Source of the DNA: Haliscomenobacter sp.
Lineage (GTDB): Bacteria > Bacteroidota > Bacteroidia > Chitinophagales > Saprospiraceae
DNA length: 64,000 nt
Direction: 5' to 3'
Assembly: GCF_041740695.1 (NCBI RefSeq)
Contig: NZ_JBGSLK010000006.1
Span: 23,639 to 87,638, forward strand
Shown one piece after another: positions 27,072 through 36,243 of this stretch. Made by a program: the position numbers and the translations under genes. Under the pieces are notes generated by a model. That model searched no databases and was not told the origin of the DNA. It saw only the letters and a program-made list of their open reading frames with translations. Within the stretch, counting starts at the first letter, position 1; every line of letters starts with the position of its first letter.

Positions 27072-28277
27072 TCAGCGGTTAAAAGAAAAAATACTGGCGT
27101 CGGGGTTTTTGTGCCCCAGCGCTTCGTCGCGAATGAGCTCAGCAGCGATTTGACTAAAGGTGATGCCGTTGCCCCCAAAACCCAGGGCATAAATGGTATG
27201 CTCATGCTCGGGAATGCTGCCAATGTAGGGTAGCCCGTCGGCGGTTTCAGCGAAGGTCCCCGCCCAATGATAATCTACTTTTAGGGGTGCCAGTTGGGGG
27301 AACAGTTTTTCAAAGTCTCGGGTCAATTGCTGGCTTTTGCGCTTGAGCAAACGGTCGCGCCGCCCGGCATCCTGAAAAGTTTCATCTCTGCCTCCTACCA
27401 ATACACGGCGATCGCTGGTAGTTCTGCAATACAAATAAGGACGGGCCGTTTCCCAAACCAGAGCGTTTTCGTGCCAGAGGGTTTCAGCAGCATAGGGTTC
27501 GCTGACGAGGGCATAGGAAGAATTTAGAGAAGCGATTTGACGCGGCAACCATTGTCCCGATTCGTACCCTGCTGCAATGACCAATTTGCGGGCGTGCACG
27601 CTGTAGCCTTCCTTTGTTTCCAGATTTACCCCATTTTTGTTGCGATGGATGGCGGTCACAGTTGTTTTGTCAAAAATGGCGGCACCTTGGCCGATGGCGT
27701 CTTGTAACAAGCCGTGAGTTAAAGTGTAGGCATCCACTTGGGCACCTTCTTTGGAATACAAGGCACCTGGGGCAGCAAAAGGAAACAAAGCCTGCAAAGC
27801 CACCTGATCCAGGAATTCAACTACAAAGCCATGTTTTTGGCGCATGGCCAGTTCTGTCTTTAGACCGGGCAAATCAGCCTTCCGCGAGGCGTAATAGAGG
27901 CTGGGTTTTTTTTCAAAATCGGTGGCTACAGCCAATTGATTGCAAATGATTTCCAACTTATTGATGGCTTCAGCACACAACCAATAGCTGCGGGCTGCAT
28001 GCTCTTCACCCACTATTTCGGCCAATTGGTACATGGGCGTATCTATTTCATATTGCAACATCGAGGTGCTGGCACAAGTGCTCCCCATGCCAATATGCCT
28101 CCGGTCGAGCAATGCGACGGATACGCCCGCACGCGACAAATACCAAGCAATCAGCGCACCGGTTATACCACCTCCGATGATGACATAGTCGGTTTTTAGG
28201 TTTTGTTGCAGGGAAGGATACTCAAAAAGTAGACCACTCTTGAGCAGCCAGTATGGGTTAGCAGTGTGAAGATTCAT
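27072..28277 (-). CDS. FAD-dependent oxidoreductase (DAO family)
   Basis: The Rossmann dinucleotide motif 'DYVIIGGGITGALIAWYLSRAG' is present. The protein is 401 aa. Confidence 0.8.
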   Translation of the reverse strand: MNLHTANPYWLLKSGLLFEYPSLQQNLKTDYVIIGGGITGALIAWYLSRAGVSVALLDRRHIGMGSTCASTSMLQYEIDTPMYQLAEIVGEEHAARSYWLCAEAINKLEIICNQLAVATDFEKKPSLYYASRKADLPGLKTELAMRQKHGFVVEFLDQVALQALFPFAAPGALYSKEGAQVDAYTLTHGLLQDAIGQGAAIFDKTTVTAIHRNKNGVNLETKEGYSVHARKLVIAAGYESGQWLPRQIASLNSSYALVSEPYAAETLWHENALVWETARPYLYCRTTSDRRVLVGGRDETFQDAGRRDRLLKRKSQQLTRDFEKLFPQLAPLKVDYHWAGTFAETADGLPYIGSIPEHEHTIYALGFGGNGITFSQIAAELIRDEALGHKNPDASIFSFNR

Positions 28278-28333
28278 TGGATTCGGTTTTGGAAAGGATC
28301 AGATCAGGATTAACAGTATACCCAAACAGCCGA

Positions 28334-29353
28334 TTATACATTTGGGACTTTGCTGCCTTTTTCTTTTTCAATCTCATCGCGATTCTTTTCTGCAAGACTA
28401 ACCGTCGAATCCTGGGTTTGAATTTCTTTTTTCTCAACAAAAACAGCATACTGATTGGGGCGAATCCGGCTTCCGTATTTGTTGGCGTATACTTTAGTAA
28501 ATTCTGCTCCAAAATATAGAATGGCAGCCGAGTAATACACCCACAAAATGATCAATACCATGGCCCCGGCTGCGCCATAAACGGACATGGTAGAAGAGCG
28601 ACTTAGGTAATAGTTGATCAACCATTTGCCCAATAAAAACAGCAGGGCAGTCAATAGAGCTCCTACCATCACATCGCGCCAATGAATCGTAGCATCCGGC
28701 AAAACTTTAAAAATGATCGCAAAAAGCAAAACGACTGCGGCGACGTTGATGGCGTTGGAGATCGTCCAGCTTAACCATGCAACTTCTCCAAAATGCTGAT
28801 TGACAAAATTATACACCACCGAAAGCATCGCACTAAGCACCAAGGATACCAAAAGCAAAAAGCCAATGCCGATGATCAGGGAAAAGGAAAGCAAACGATT
28901 TTGAATGAATTTTAACCAGCTTCGTTTGGGTTTGGCTCGAATGCTCCAAATGGTGTTGATGGAATCCTGAATTTCCAAAAAAACACCCGTAGCCCCTAGC
29001 ACCAATGTTGCAATTCCGATAATGGTAGCCAGCGGGGTATTGCCTGAGAAATGGGCATTGCTGATCATTTCCTGGAGTTGGATGGCACCTGTAGTACCCA
29101 AAAGGCCCTCAAATTGCGTATACAAGTATCCCTCTGCAGCCTCTTTGCCAAACCAAATACTGCTGATTGCGATGACGATAATCAGCATGGGTGCCAATGA
29201 GAACAAAGTGTAATACGACAAGGAAGCACTTAATTTCAGTGCATTGTCATTGCTGAACTCATAAGCAGACTGGTAAAGCAAATGAAAAAAATTCCGCAGA
29301 TTGAACCAGATTCGCCGGAGGGCTTTGTTGAGGTATGAAATGGTGCTGTTCAT
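28334..29353 (-). CDS. YihY/BrkB family inner-membrane protein
   Basis: 'LSASLSYYTLFSLAPMLI' is present, it has six TM segments, and it carries the C-terminal charged tail characteristic of YihY. Confidence 0.8.
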   Translation of the reverse strand: MNSTISYLNKALRRIWFNLRNFFHLLYQSAYEFSNDNALKLSASLSYYTLFSLAPMLIIVIAISSIWFGKEAAEGYLYTQFEGLLGTTGAIQLQEMISNAHFSGNTPLATIIGIATLVLGATGVFLEIQDSINTIWSIRAKPKRSWLKFIQNRLLSFSLIIGIGFLLLVSLVLSAMLSVVYNFVNQHFGEVAWLSWTISNAINVAAVVLLFAIIFKVLPDATIHWRDVMVGALLTALLFLLGKWLINYYLSRSSTMSVYGAAGAMVLIILWVYYSAAILYFGAEFTKVYANKYGSRIRPNQYAVFVEKKEIQTQDSTVSLAEKNRDEIEKEKGSKVPNV

Positions 29354-30315
29354 GATAACCGGGGAAAAAGTGGAGGAGTTGCTAGAGTACTGTCTATCAC
29401 CGCTCTATTCCACCAGGGTCGTAATTTTACAGCGATTACAATTAGTAAAATGGCTATACCGGCATAAGCAGTAAAAATAATAGTGGATAAAGAGGTATTG
29501 AACAATTCCTGATGCTTGAGCGAAATCCCGAAAAGCGCCCAGGTGACAGCCAAAGCGTAAGGAATGTTGCGCCTTACGAATAGCATTCCCAGCGATAGCG
29601 CTATTGCCACAAGTATCATCATTACAGTCCAGAGTTTTTCGGATAAACCGCCACCATCCCACTGTGCGCCCTTAAGCCAAGCAGTTACGTTTGCAATACT
29701 GGCAACCGAAATCCAACCCAGGTACAATCCGAAGGGAATTTGTAAAAAATTGCGGTAATCCTGGGTGTGGGGTAGTATATAAAATGCCTGGCGATTGACA
29801 CGAATGAGCTGAAAAAGCATCAAAAACATCACAACTATACTGGCTGACACAAATTCGTAGTGCCAACAGAACAACCAAGCCATGTTGAGGAAAGATACGA
29901 ATACGAAGCGCCATCCAAGCGCGTCAATGGCGCGATTGCGATCCAGGCGGCGTTGGGCGGAACGTAGTGGCCAGATTTGCCAGACTGAAAAGAACAGCAG
30001 TAGCAAATAAATCAGGCTCCAAATAGAGAAAGTCAAGCCTGCTGGGGTGAATAAATTGGGGTATTGATCGGATAGCTCCTGGGTAGTCTTGTTGTTGAGG
30101 GGTAAAAAGACTGCCAGGAAATTAAACCCGATACACAACAAAAAAAACAATATATTTGCTGATTTGAGTAAGGTCAAGCGGGTTTTGGAAATTCCCGGGG
30201 AGGTATTGATGATTTGAGCTTCCATGCGAGAGAGTTTTACATTTACTGAACTTTTAAAGTTTAGTAAATGTCGAATGTTAAAAGCTGTTTGAGTTATTAG
30301 AATGGCAGTTTCCAA
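29350..30315 (-). CDS. hypothetical polytopic membrane protein, Trp-rich (possible TspO/MBR-like)
   Basis: It has multiple TM helices with conserved Trp/Pro ('FSIWSLIYLL', 'NMAWLFCWHYEF', 'LYLGWISVASIANVTAW'). There is an alternative start at an internal Met (end 30225). The family assignment is tentative. Confidence 0.45.
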   Translation of the reverse strand: METAILITQTAFNIRHLLNFKSSVNVKLSRMEAQIINTSPGISKTRLTLLKSANILFFLLCIGFNFLAVFLPLNNKTTQELSDQYPNLFTPAGLTFSIWSLIYLLLLFFSVWQIWPLRSAQRRLDRNRAIDALGWRFVFVSFLNMAWLFCWHYEFVSASIVVMFLMLFQLIRVNRQAFYILPHTQDYRNFLQIPFGLYLGWISVASIANVTAWLKGAQWDGGGLSEKLWTVMMILVAIALSLGMLFVRRNIPYALAVTWALFGISLKHQELFNTSLSTIIFTAYAGIAILLIVIAVKLRPWWNRAVIDSTLATPPLFPRLS

Positions 30316-30353
30316 TCTAATAACTCAAACAGCTTCAGAGAAAATGAACAGTA

Positions 30354-30824
30354 TTATTTGTCCACTACCTCTTGCAGACGGGCAGCTTCCTCAATAGCCT
30401 GATGTGCTGATTTCAAAGCTTGCTTGTGCTCAGCAATCATCACCCGAATGTTGTCGGGTAAGTGGGCATCCATCTGTAATGCGTCATCATAAGCTTTCAA
30501 CGCGGCGCTCTCACCATAGGCGCAGGAATCCAGAACAGATTTGCGATCTTTTCCCATCACTGTGGCTTTAAAATCCATCCAAACGCGAAACAACTTACCA
30601 CGCGTAGTAGAATCCGTTACGGGTTCGCCACCCAAACCACGGATGGTTTGCTGGAGTTCGCTGACGTACTTGCGACTTTGGCTAACGTAACGATTGAACA
30701 GGGTGCGCAAATCCACATCGGTGCTGCCTACTTCCTCTATCGCTTTTTCATAACCAAAAACGCGGTCGTAGTTGATACTTACCAGTTCGTTAAGGGCCGA
30801 AACCAATTTTTCATTGTTTTGCAT
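30354..30824 (-). CDS. PA2169-family four-helix-bundle (ferritin-like, DUF2383) protein
   Basis: 'ALNELVSINYDRVFGYEKAIEE' and the paired helices with 'AYDDALQMD' are typical of this family. The start is the internal Met 'MQNNEKL'. Confidence 0.6.
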   Translation of the reverse strand: MQNNEKLVSALNELVSINYDRVFGYEKAIEEVGSTDVDLRTLFNRYVSQSRKYVSELQQTIRGLGGEPVTDSTTRGKLFRVWMDFKATVMGKDRKSVLDSCAYGESAALKAYDDALQMDAHLPDNIRVMIAEHKQALKSAHQAIEEAARLQEVVDK

Positions 30825-30975
30825 GATGGTTGATTTTACATTGATCAATAGTTAAATACAATCATTCTTTCAAGCATCTGGGCACAAAAAACGAGCCACG
30901 CCTTAGTGCTTAGTTTATGGGCAAAAAATTGGTATTTTTTCTACGCTATGGGTAAAAGTGGGTAATCTGTATTCA

Positions 30976-31033
30976 AAAACACAGAGGCTGCCTCCTTCCT
31001 TTCGTTTGGAGACAGCCTCTACCGTCAAAAAAA
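30976..31033 (-). terminator. intrinsic terminator for the flotillin gene (AGAGGCTG...CAGCCTCT stem with a U-run on the minus strand)
   Basis: I read it directly. Confidence 0.5.
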
Positions 31034-31040
31034 ATCCTGA

Positions 31041-32960
31041 TTAAGCCTGTTCTTCTTTTTTATCCGTCTTGAGCATGTCCAACAATCTCAAGCCCAGCAT
31101 ACCGCCGATGGCACCATTGCCACCAGCACCACCTTCACCGGTGATGAGTACGTCCGGGATGATTTTAACTTTTTCCTGCCCAATCGTTTCCATCACTTTC
31201 ATCTTGGTAAAGTTGTCGCCCCCCATCGCTTCTACGGCGAGGCGGTATGCTTCGGCGCTAGACTGACCCACGGCTAGAGTCTTTTCAGCTTCCGCTTTAC
31301 CAGTGAGTTCAATTTTTTCGGCTTCGGCCTGCGCCATCAGTCTCACCTTTTCAGATTCGGCAGCAGCACTCATTTTGGTACGTTCGGCGTCGGCCGAGGC
31401 GATCATCTTGGTGCGTTCCGCTTCTGCTGAGGCGGCAATTTTTACCCCATTCGCTTCACCGGTCGATTTTTTCACGGCAGCATCGGCGATGCGTTCGGCG
31501 ATCAATACACCCTGATCGGCTTGGACGATCTGCTTTTGGATGTCGGCAATGGCGGTCTCTTTTTCAAGGGCCTGCCGGGTTTCCTGAGCCATTTTCTGGG
31601 TGTCGTAAGTCACCTTTTGTTCTTCGGCCAACTTGCGGTCGGTCAGTGTTTTCATCAGCGAATCGGGCGGTACGATGTCGCCAATCAGGGTGTCCACCCC
31701 GTGTACGTTGTATTCTTCCAGTACCTGGCCAATGTGTCGTTTTGCTGAATCCTGGCGGTCTTTACGCGAGGTCAGGAACGAGATCACATCGGCATCCTGG
31801 GCCGAGTTGCGGAAGTAGTTGCCAATGGTCGGTTCCAGTACCTGGCTGACCAGGTTGTGCATGCTACCAAAGCGAGCGATTACCTTGGGTGCCTCGGTGG
31901 CCGGGATGTGAATGATCTGCGACACATCGAGGTTGAAAGGGAAACCGTCTTTGGAACGTACTGTAATGGTAGACAAATGTTTGTCCAACATGTGTGACTC
32001 AGTGCGGGCGGTAGCCCAGTTGAGTACCAAGTTGGTGGTGGGTACCAATTCCACCTTATACAAATATTTATTAACGGGGTATTTACCAGGGCCAAGGGGT
32101 TCTGCCCAAACGCCTTTTTGGCCTTTGGACACAATGTTACCGTGACGGAATTCGTCGCCACTGAGGTCGACACCTTCTTTACCGTAGAAAGAGATGACTA
32201 CCCCCACGTTGCCGATCGGAATTTGCGTCATTTCATGTTCTTCAATTTGTGCAAACCAGGGGTTGAGGTTGTACGAACCTGCCAGGAGCACCTGCGGTTG
32301 TAAACCTTTGTTGCCGCCGCCGCGCAAAAAGGCATCGGCGTCCTGGAAGTTGTTGTGGTCGAGGACTTCGCGTCCGGCGATTTGTCCCATTTCAATCGGC
32401 GCACCATCCAGGGTCGTGATGACGCCCAGCATGTTTTCCTTGATTTGGTTCATCGGCGCCAATACAAGGTCGAACACGAAGGTATTGATCCTGTAAACCC
32501 CGGTAGTAATGTAGGCGGTTTGACGGCCTTTTTGACCACCGTTGCGGATGAAGGCGGCAGCGTCTTGGTAGGCGTCGCAATCTACACGTTTGCCCAGGAT
32601 CGAGTTGGTCGGCAATTCGGCGCCATCTTTAGCGATTAACAAACCAATTTGCCCGGGAGGAATCACGGTCAGTGGCTGTAGGTTGATTTCGTATTGCCAA
32701 ATCCAGTACCAGAAGTGAATTCCCGGGGCCAGGGTTTGGGCCTGGAAACCCGCTTCGCCATCAACCGCGATGATCCGGTTGGGCGGTAGTTCTTTCTTTT
32801 CGCCAAAAAGCGAAAACTTCAGTGTGACGAGTCCGATTTTGTCTTCCGGCACCAGAATAATTCCCAGCAGCCTGAACCAAAAACGGTAAGTGAGCAAAAA
32901 AATCAAAATGGCGAGGAAGATGCCACCCCACCATAAGGCAATCATACCAATAGGGTTCAT
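31041..32960 (-). CDS. flotillin / SPFH (band 7) domain protein with a C-terminal Ala/Glu-rich coiled-coil repeat
   Basis: It has N-terminal TM helices and an SPFH core. The C-terminus has the repeats 'AEAERTKMIASADAERTKMSAAAESEK...AEAEK'. Confidence 0.8.
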   Translation of the reverse strand: MNPIGMIALWWGGIFLAILIFLLTYRFWFRLLGIILVPEDKIGLVTLKFSLFGEKKELPPNRIIAVDGEAGFQAQTLAPGIHFWYWIWQYEINLQPLTVIPPGQIGLLIAKDGAELPTNSILGKRVDCDAYQDAAAFIRNGGQKGRQTAYITTGVYRINTFVFDLVLAPMNQIKENMLGVITTLDGAPIEMGQIAGREVLDHNNFQDADAFLRGGGNKGLQPQVLLAGSYNLNPWFAQIEEHEMTQIPIGNVGVVISFYGKEGVDLSGDEFRHGNIVSKGQKGVWAEPLGPGKYPVNKYLYKVELVPTTNLVLNWATARTESHMLDKHLSTITVRSKDGFPFNLDVSQIIHIPATEAPKVIARFGSMHNLVSQVLEPTIGNYFRNSAQDADVISFLTSRKDRQDSAKRHIGQVLEEYNVHGVDTLIGDIVPPDSLMKTLTDRKLAEEQKVTYDTQKMAQETRQALEKETAIADIQKQIVQADQGVLIAERIADAAVKKSTGEANGVKIAASAEAERTKMIASADAERTKMSAAAESEKVRLMAQAEAEKIELTGKAEAEKTLAVGQSSAEAYRLAVEAMGGDNFTKMKVMETIGQEKVKIIPDVLITGEGGAGGNGAIGGMLGLRLLDMLKTDKKEEQA

Positions 32961-33112
32961 GTTAAAAATTTTGAGTGTTTGTTATTTTTTGGTTTTGCTG
33001 ATCGTATGTTGAATTGCGATCATAGGGCAAGTATGGGGGTGGAAGGAGAAGATTTGCTATTTTATTCGATGACGCCGGATTGGAAAGCGATGAAGGTGGG
33101 GGAAATGGGGGT

Positions 33113-33982
33113 CTAGAAGATTTGGGTTTGTATAAAGATTTGAAAGGATCGATTTATGATGGGCTGAAACTCCTGTTCTATAAATGGCAAAAGGATGGTA
33201 TCAAAGTTGGATACGATGTTGATGTATACGAATGAGTATTCTACATTAGGCTTTCTTCCGTCAAATATTCTTTTAAAAATAAGGTTCATTTGGCGTTGAA
33301 ATTGATCAGGAGTGAGGGGTTCTATAGGGTTCAAAAGCTCTATCAATTGTTTGTTGAGGTCATGAAAAAATTGATTGATGATTGTTTGCCGCCGAATTCT
33401 CAACCCCTCACGGTTTAAGTTGTAAACATCAATGCTTATGTTACCAGAGTTGCTTTTTCCATGCAAAAACCCATCCTGATCTAAATATAAATGATCCAAA
33501 GGATCTACTATTTCTGGATTCAGCAAGAGAGGCTTCTCAGCTTGCATGGCTTCATGTAAAATCGAATAATGAGCGACATCGCTTGGATGGTTCAAAAGTC
33601 GAATTCCCGCAATTGGAAAGCGATTCCCTTTAGCACCTTTCCCATTGCAATTTTGACAAGCTAAAAGGAGATTTGACCATTCATTGCCCAGCCAATAATA
33701 ACCTTGATGGGTTTCTCCTGCTTTTAGGTCTTGTTGATCTAATTTTGCTTTAGGTCGGTAATGTTCTACCTGTAGAGGGGCGCTGTGGGTAATAGTGGAT
33801 TCACAATAGGCGCATTTATGGTGATAAATCTTGGATAAGGCAGTTTTGACCGGGGGGTGTTTGTAATTCCTGATGTACATACTTCCGTCTTGTGCCGCAA
33901 CAGCGGCAAGTGTTTGCTGTTGAGCAGTCTTTTGAGTAAGGTGACGTGGAATTGCCTCGAAGTCCTTATGTACTTTGATCAT
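33113..33982 (-). CDS. HNH endonuclease (TIGR02646-like), PtuB-like
   Basis: The HNH motifs are 'CAYCE...H(x)YRPK' and 'LLACQNCN..KG'. It overlaps the upstream ATPase gene by 4 bp. The local sequence is AT-rich. Confidence 0.65.
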   Translation of the reverse strand: MIKVHKDFEAIPRHLTQKTAQQQTLAAVAAQDGSMYIRNYKHPPVKTALSKIYHHKCAYCESTITHSAPLQVEHYRPKAKLDQQDLKAGETHQGYYWLGNEWSNLLLACQNCNGKGAKGNRFPIAGIRLLNHPSDVAHYSILHEAMQAEKPLLLNPEIVDPLDHLYLDQDGFLHGKSNSGNISIDVYNLNREGLRIRRQTIINQFFHDLNKQLIELLNPIEPLTPDQFQRQMNLIFKRIFDGRKPNVEYSFVYINIVSNFDTILLPFIEQEFQPIINRSFQIFIQTQIF

Positions 33983-35145
33983 TTCAATGCTTGCGCGAGC
34001 TTTTTTAAACGATTTTTAATTTCTTCATTTGCCATCGCTTCTTCGAAAGAGTCTTCAGTGAGTAAATCTTTCGGGCCAGTATTTGCCGTGGGAATAATTT
34101 CCTCAAGGTCAAAAATAGGTGAGGTAAGCAAGCTATTGGGCAGCAGCCTTGTCAAGTCAATATCCAATTTTTCAACAGTAATACCTGCTTCACTGCTTTG
34201 GTGTACTTTTAATACTACACTTTCTTTTGGTGCACCTAAAAGTGGGATGGGGCTGTGGGTGCTGGCGATGAACTGGATTTTTGGGAAAATTTCAGACAGA
34301 AGGCCGGGCAGGGCTTTTTGCCAGGTGGGGTGAAGGTGGACGTCGAGTTCGTCGATTAGGACGATGCCTTCTAATTGTTCCGGAGTACTAATTTCAGGTT
34401 GAGTATTAAATAGACGGATCACCATGTCTCCAATCATTGCAATAATATTACGATTACCTGAAGCCAATTGATTGAAGTTTTTTGCAGTATTAAGCTTTTC
34501 TCCAAGATCATCTTTTTCATAGAAAAAAACTTTGTCTTTTGCTACATCGACTTCTATCTTCTCAATATTGGGCATAAGTCGAAGGAATAAGCTTTTAATG
34601 GCTTCAACTCTTTTTTTGAGAAGGTTGACAAGCTTTTCGTCTTTATACATAAGTTCTGGCAAAGAACTTCTATAAGTCATCACCCTTAATTCTGGGTCAA
34701 TATCTAATAAGATGCCATCAGAGTTGAACAAACTGTATGATTGAGCACTTTTTTCCTCGCCAAAAACACTCACATTGAGTCTGGATGCGCCATATGCTAA
34801 AGTTTTTCGAATTAGATCGTCATCAGATGGTAAATCATTAACACCTGCAGATGCACCATCAAGTAGTCCCGTTGTAGCTTTGAAGTAAGATGATTTTCCA
34901 TGTCTTAAACCTATATTAATATCAAATTCGCCATCTTCTAAAATCAGTTTTTTATCTCTATTCCCAAACAACCCCACAAACAACGCCTGCAACACACTCG
35001 TCTTACCCCCTCCATTTTTCCCCGTCAAAAAAATCCACTTGGTATCAGCAGGAATACCTTCCACTGAGGTGTCTTTGATGCCTCGAAAGCCTTCGATGTG
35101 AAAAGAAGTAATGCCAAAGCTGGGACCGTTGCTCATATTGGTCAA
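33979..35145 (-). CDS. ABC/SMC-like AAA ATPase (AAA_15/AAA_21 type), PtuA-like
   Basis: The Walker A is 'LTGKNGGGKTSVLQALF'. The ABC-signature-like motif is 'LASGNRNII'. The Walker B is 'IVLIDELDVHLHP'. The H-loop is 'IASTHSP'. Confidence 0.65.
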   Translation of the reverse strand: MTNMSNGPSFGITSFHIEGFRGIKDTSVEGIPADTKWIFLTGKNGGGKTSVLQALFVGLFGNRDKKLILEDGEFDINIGLRHGKSSYFKATTGLLDGASAGVNDLPSDDDLIRKTLAYGASRLNVSVFGEEKSAQSYSLFNSDGILLDIDPELRVMTYRSSLPELMYKDEKLVNLLKKRVEAIKSLFLRLMPNIEKIEVDVAKDKVFFYEKDDLGEKLNTAKNFNQLASGNRNIIAMIGDMVIRLFNTQPEISTPEQLEGIVLIDELDVHLHPTWQKALPGLLSEIFPKIQFIASTHSPIPLLGAPKESVVLKVHQSSEAGITVEKLDIDLTRLLPNSLLTSPIFDLEEIIPTANTGPKDLLTEDSFEEAMANEEIKNRLKKLAQALK

Positions 35146-35190
35146 ATTTTACCACTAAAGTACGCCCTTTTTGGGAAAAAGGAAAGTGAG

Positions 35191-36069
35191 TTAATACTTC
35201 CGCCTCTTCCGCCACTCCTCCAAAATATTCAAATCCTGCTCATTCTTAATTAAGGTATGCAAATGAGGCGGAAGCTGCTCCTTGAGATCAGTTTCAGCCA
35301 AAGCGCTGGCGGGCAATTGTTCAAACAACAAAAGGCTGATCCAATCCAATAACTCGCTGGTGGAAGGCCGCTTTTTTAAACCCGTCACTTCGCGCAGCGC
35401 ATAAAACAATTGCAGGGCGTTGTTGAGCAATTCCTCGCGGATATTGGGAAAATGCACGTGGACAATGTCCAACATGGTAGCTTTATCCGGGAAACGGATG
35501 TAGTGGAAAAGGCAGCGCCGCAGGAAGGCATCCGGCAATTCTTTTTCGTTGTTGGAAGTGATGATGACGATGGGGCGGTTCACCGCTTTGATGGTTTGTT
35601 GCAGCTCGTACACATAAAACTCCATGCGGTCCAGTTCCAGCAATAAGTCATTGGGGAACTCGATGTCGGCTTTGTCAATTTCGTCGATGAGCAGTACCAC
35701 TGATTCGTCGGCGGTGAACGCTTCCCAGAGTTTGCCCTTTTTGATGTAGTGGCTGATGTCGTCTACACCCTCTTTGCCCAATTGGGAGTCGCGCAGGCGC
35801 GATACTGCGTCGTACTCATACAGGCCTTGTTGGGCCAAGGTAGTCGATTTGATGTGCCAAGTCAGCAGCTTTTTACCCAGCGCATTGGCAATCTCGTGGG
35901 CCAGTAGGGTTTTGCCCGTGCCCGGCTCGCCTTTAACCAGTAAGGGGCGTTGAAGATAAATGGCCGCATTGACAGCTATTTGCAATTCTGAGGTGGCGAC
36001 GTAAGAGGATGTTCCTTGAAATGACATAGCAGCAGTTAATTTTAGGGTTCCAGATTCCCCATCAGGCAC
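35191..36069 (-). CDS. MoxR-family AAA+ ATPase
   Basis: The Walker A is 'GEPGTGKT'. The Walker B is 'VLLIDEIDKA'. The sensor region is 'VIITSNNEKELP'. The track ORF uses a GTG start at 36069, and an alternative ATG start lies at 36027. Confidence 0.8.
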   Translation of the reverse strand: MPDGESGTLKLTAAMSFQGTSSYVATSELQIAVNAAIYLQRPLLVKGEPGTGKTLLAHEIANALGKKLLTWHIKSTTLAQQGLYEYDAVSRLRDSQLGKEGVDDISHYIKKGKLWEAFTADESVVLLIDEIDKADIEFPNDLLLELDRMEFYVYELQQTIKAVNRPIVIITSNNEKELPDAFLRRCLFHYIRFPDKATMLDIVHVHFPNIREELLNNALQLFYALREVTGLKKRPSTSELLDWISLLLFEQLPASALAETDLKEQLPPHLHTLIKNEQDLNILEEWRKRRKY

Positions 36070-36120
36070 CTCGGCTTCGCTCGGCGACCGATGGGGAATC
36101 TGGAACCCTAAAATTAACTG
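36034..36120. repeat. 30-bp perfect inverted repeat (CAGTTAATTTTAGGGTTCCAGATTCCCCATC) with a 26-nt GC-rich spacer
   Basis: The arms lie at 36034-36063 and 36090-36120. They sit in the divergent region between the MoxR gene and nqrA. Confidence 0.85.
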
Positions 36121-36243
36121 TTGTCGTGGATTTGCTCGAAAATATTTTTATGTACACTAGGAAAGAATATTTTTTTTACATTTGGAATGAATTGAAATTT
36201 TCATTTTGTTTTGTTGCGCTGCGCAAAATGCTAACCGAAAGAC

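Noticed and set aside
26656-27153. 165-aa plus-strand ORF
   Set aside because: It overlaps the 3' end of the FAD oxidoreductase gene and the small membrane protein gene on the opposite strand. Its translation is low complexity.
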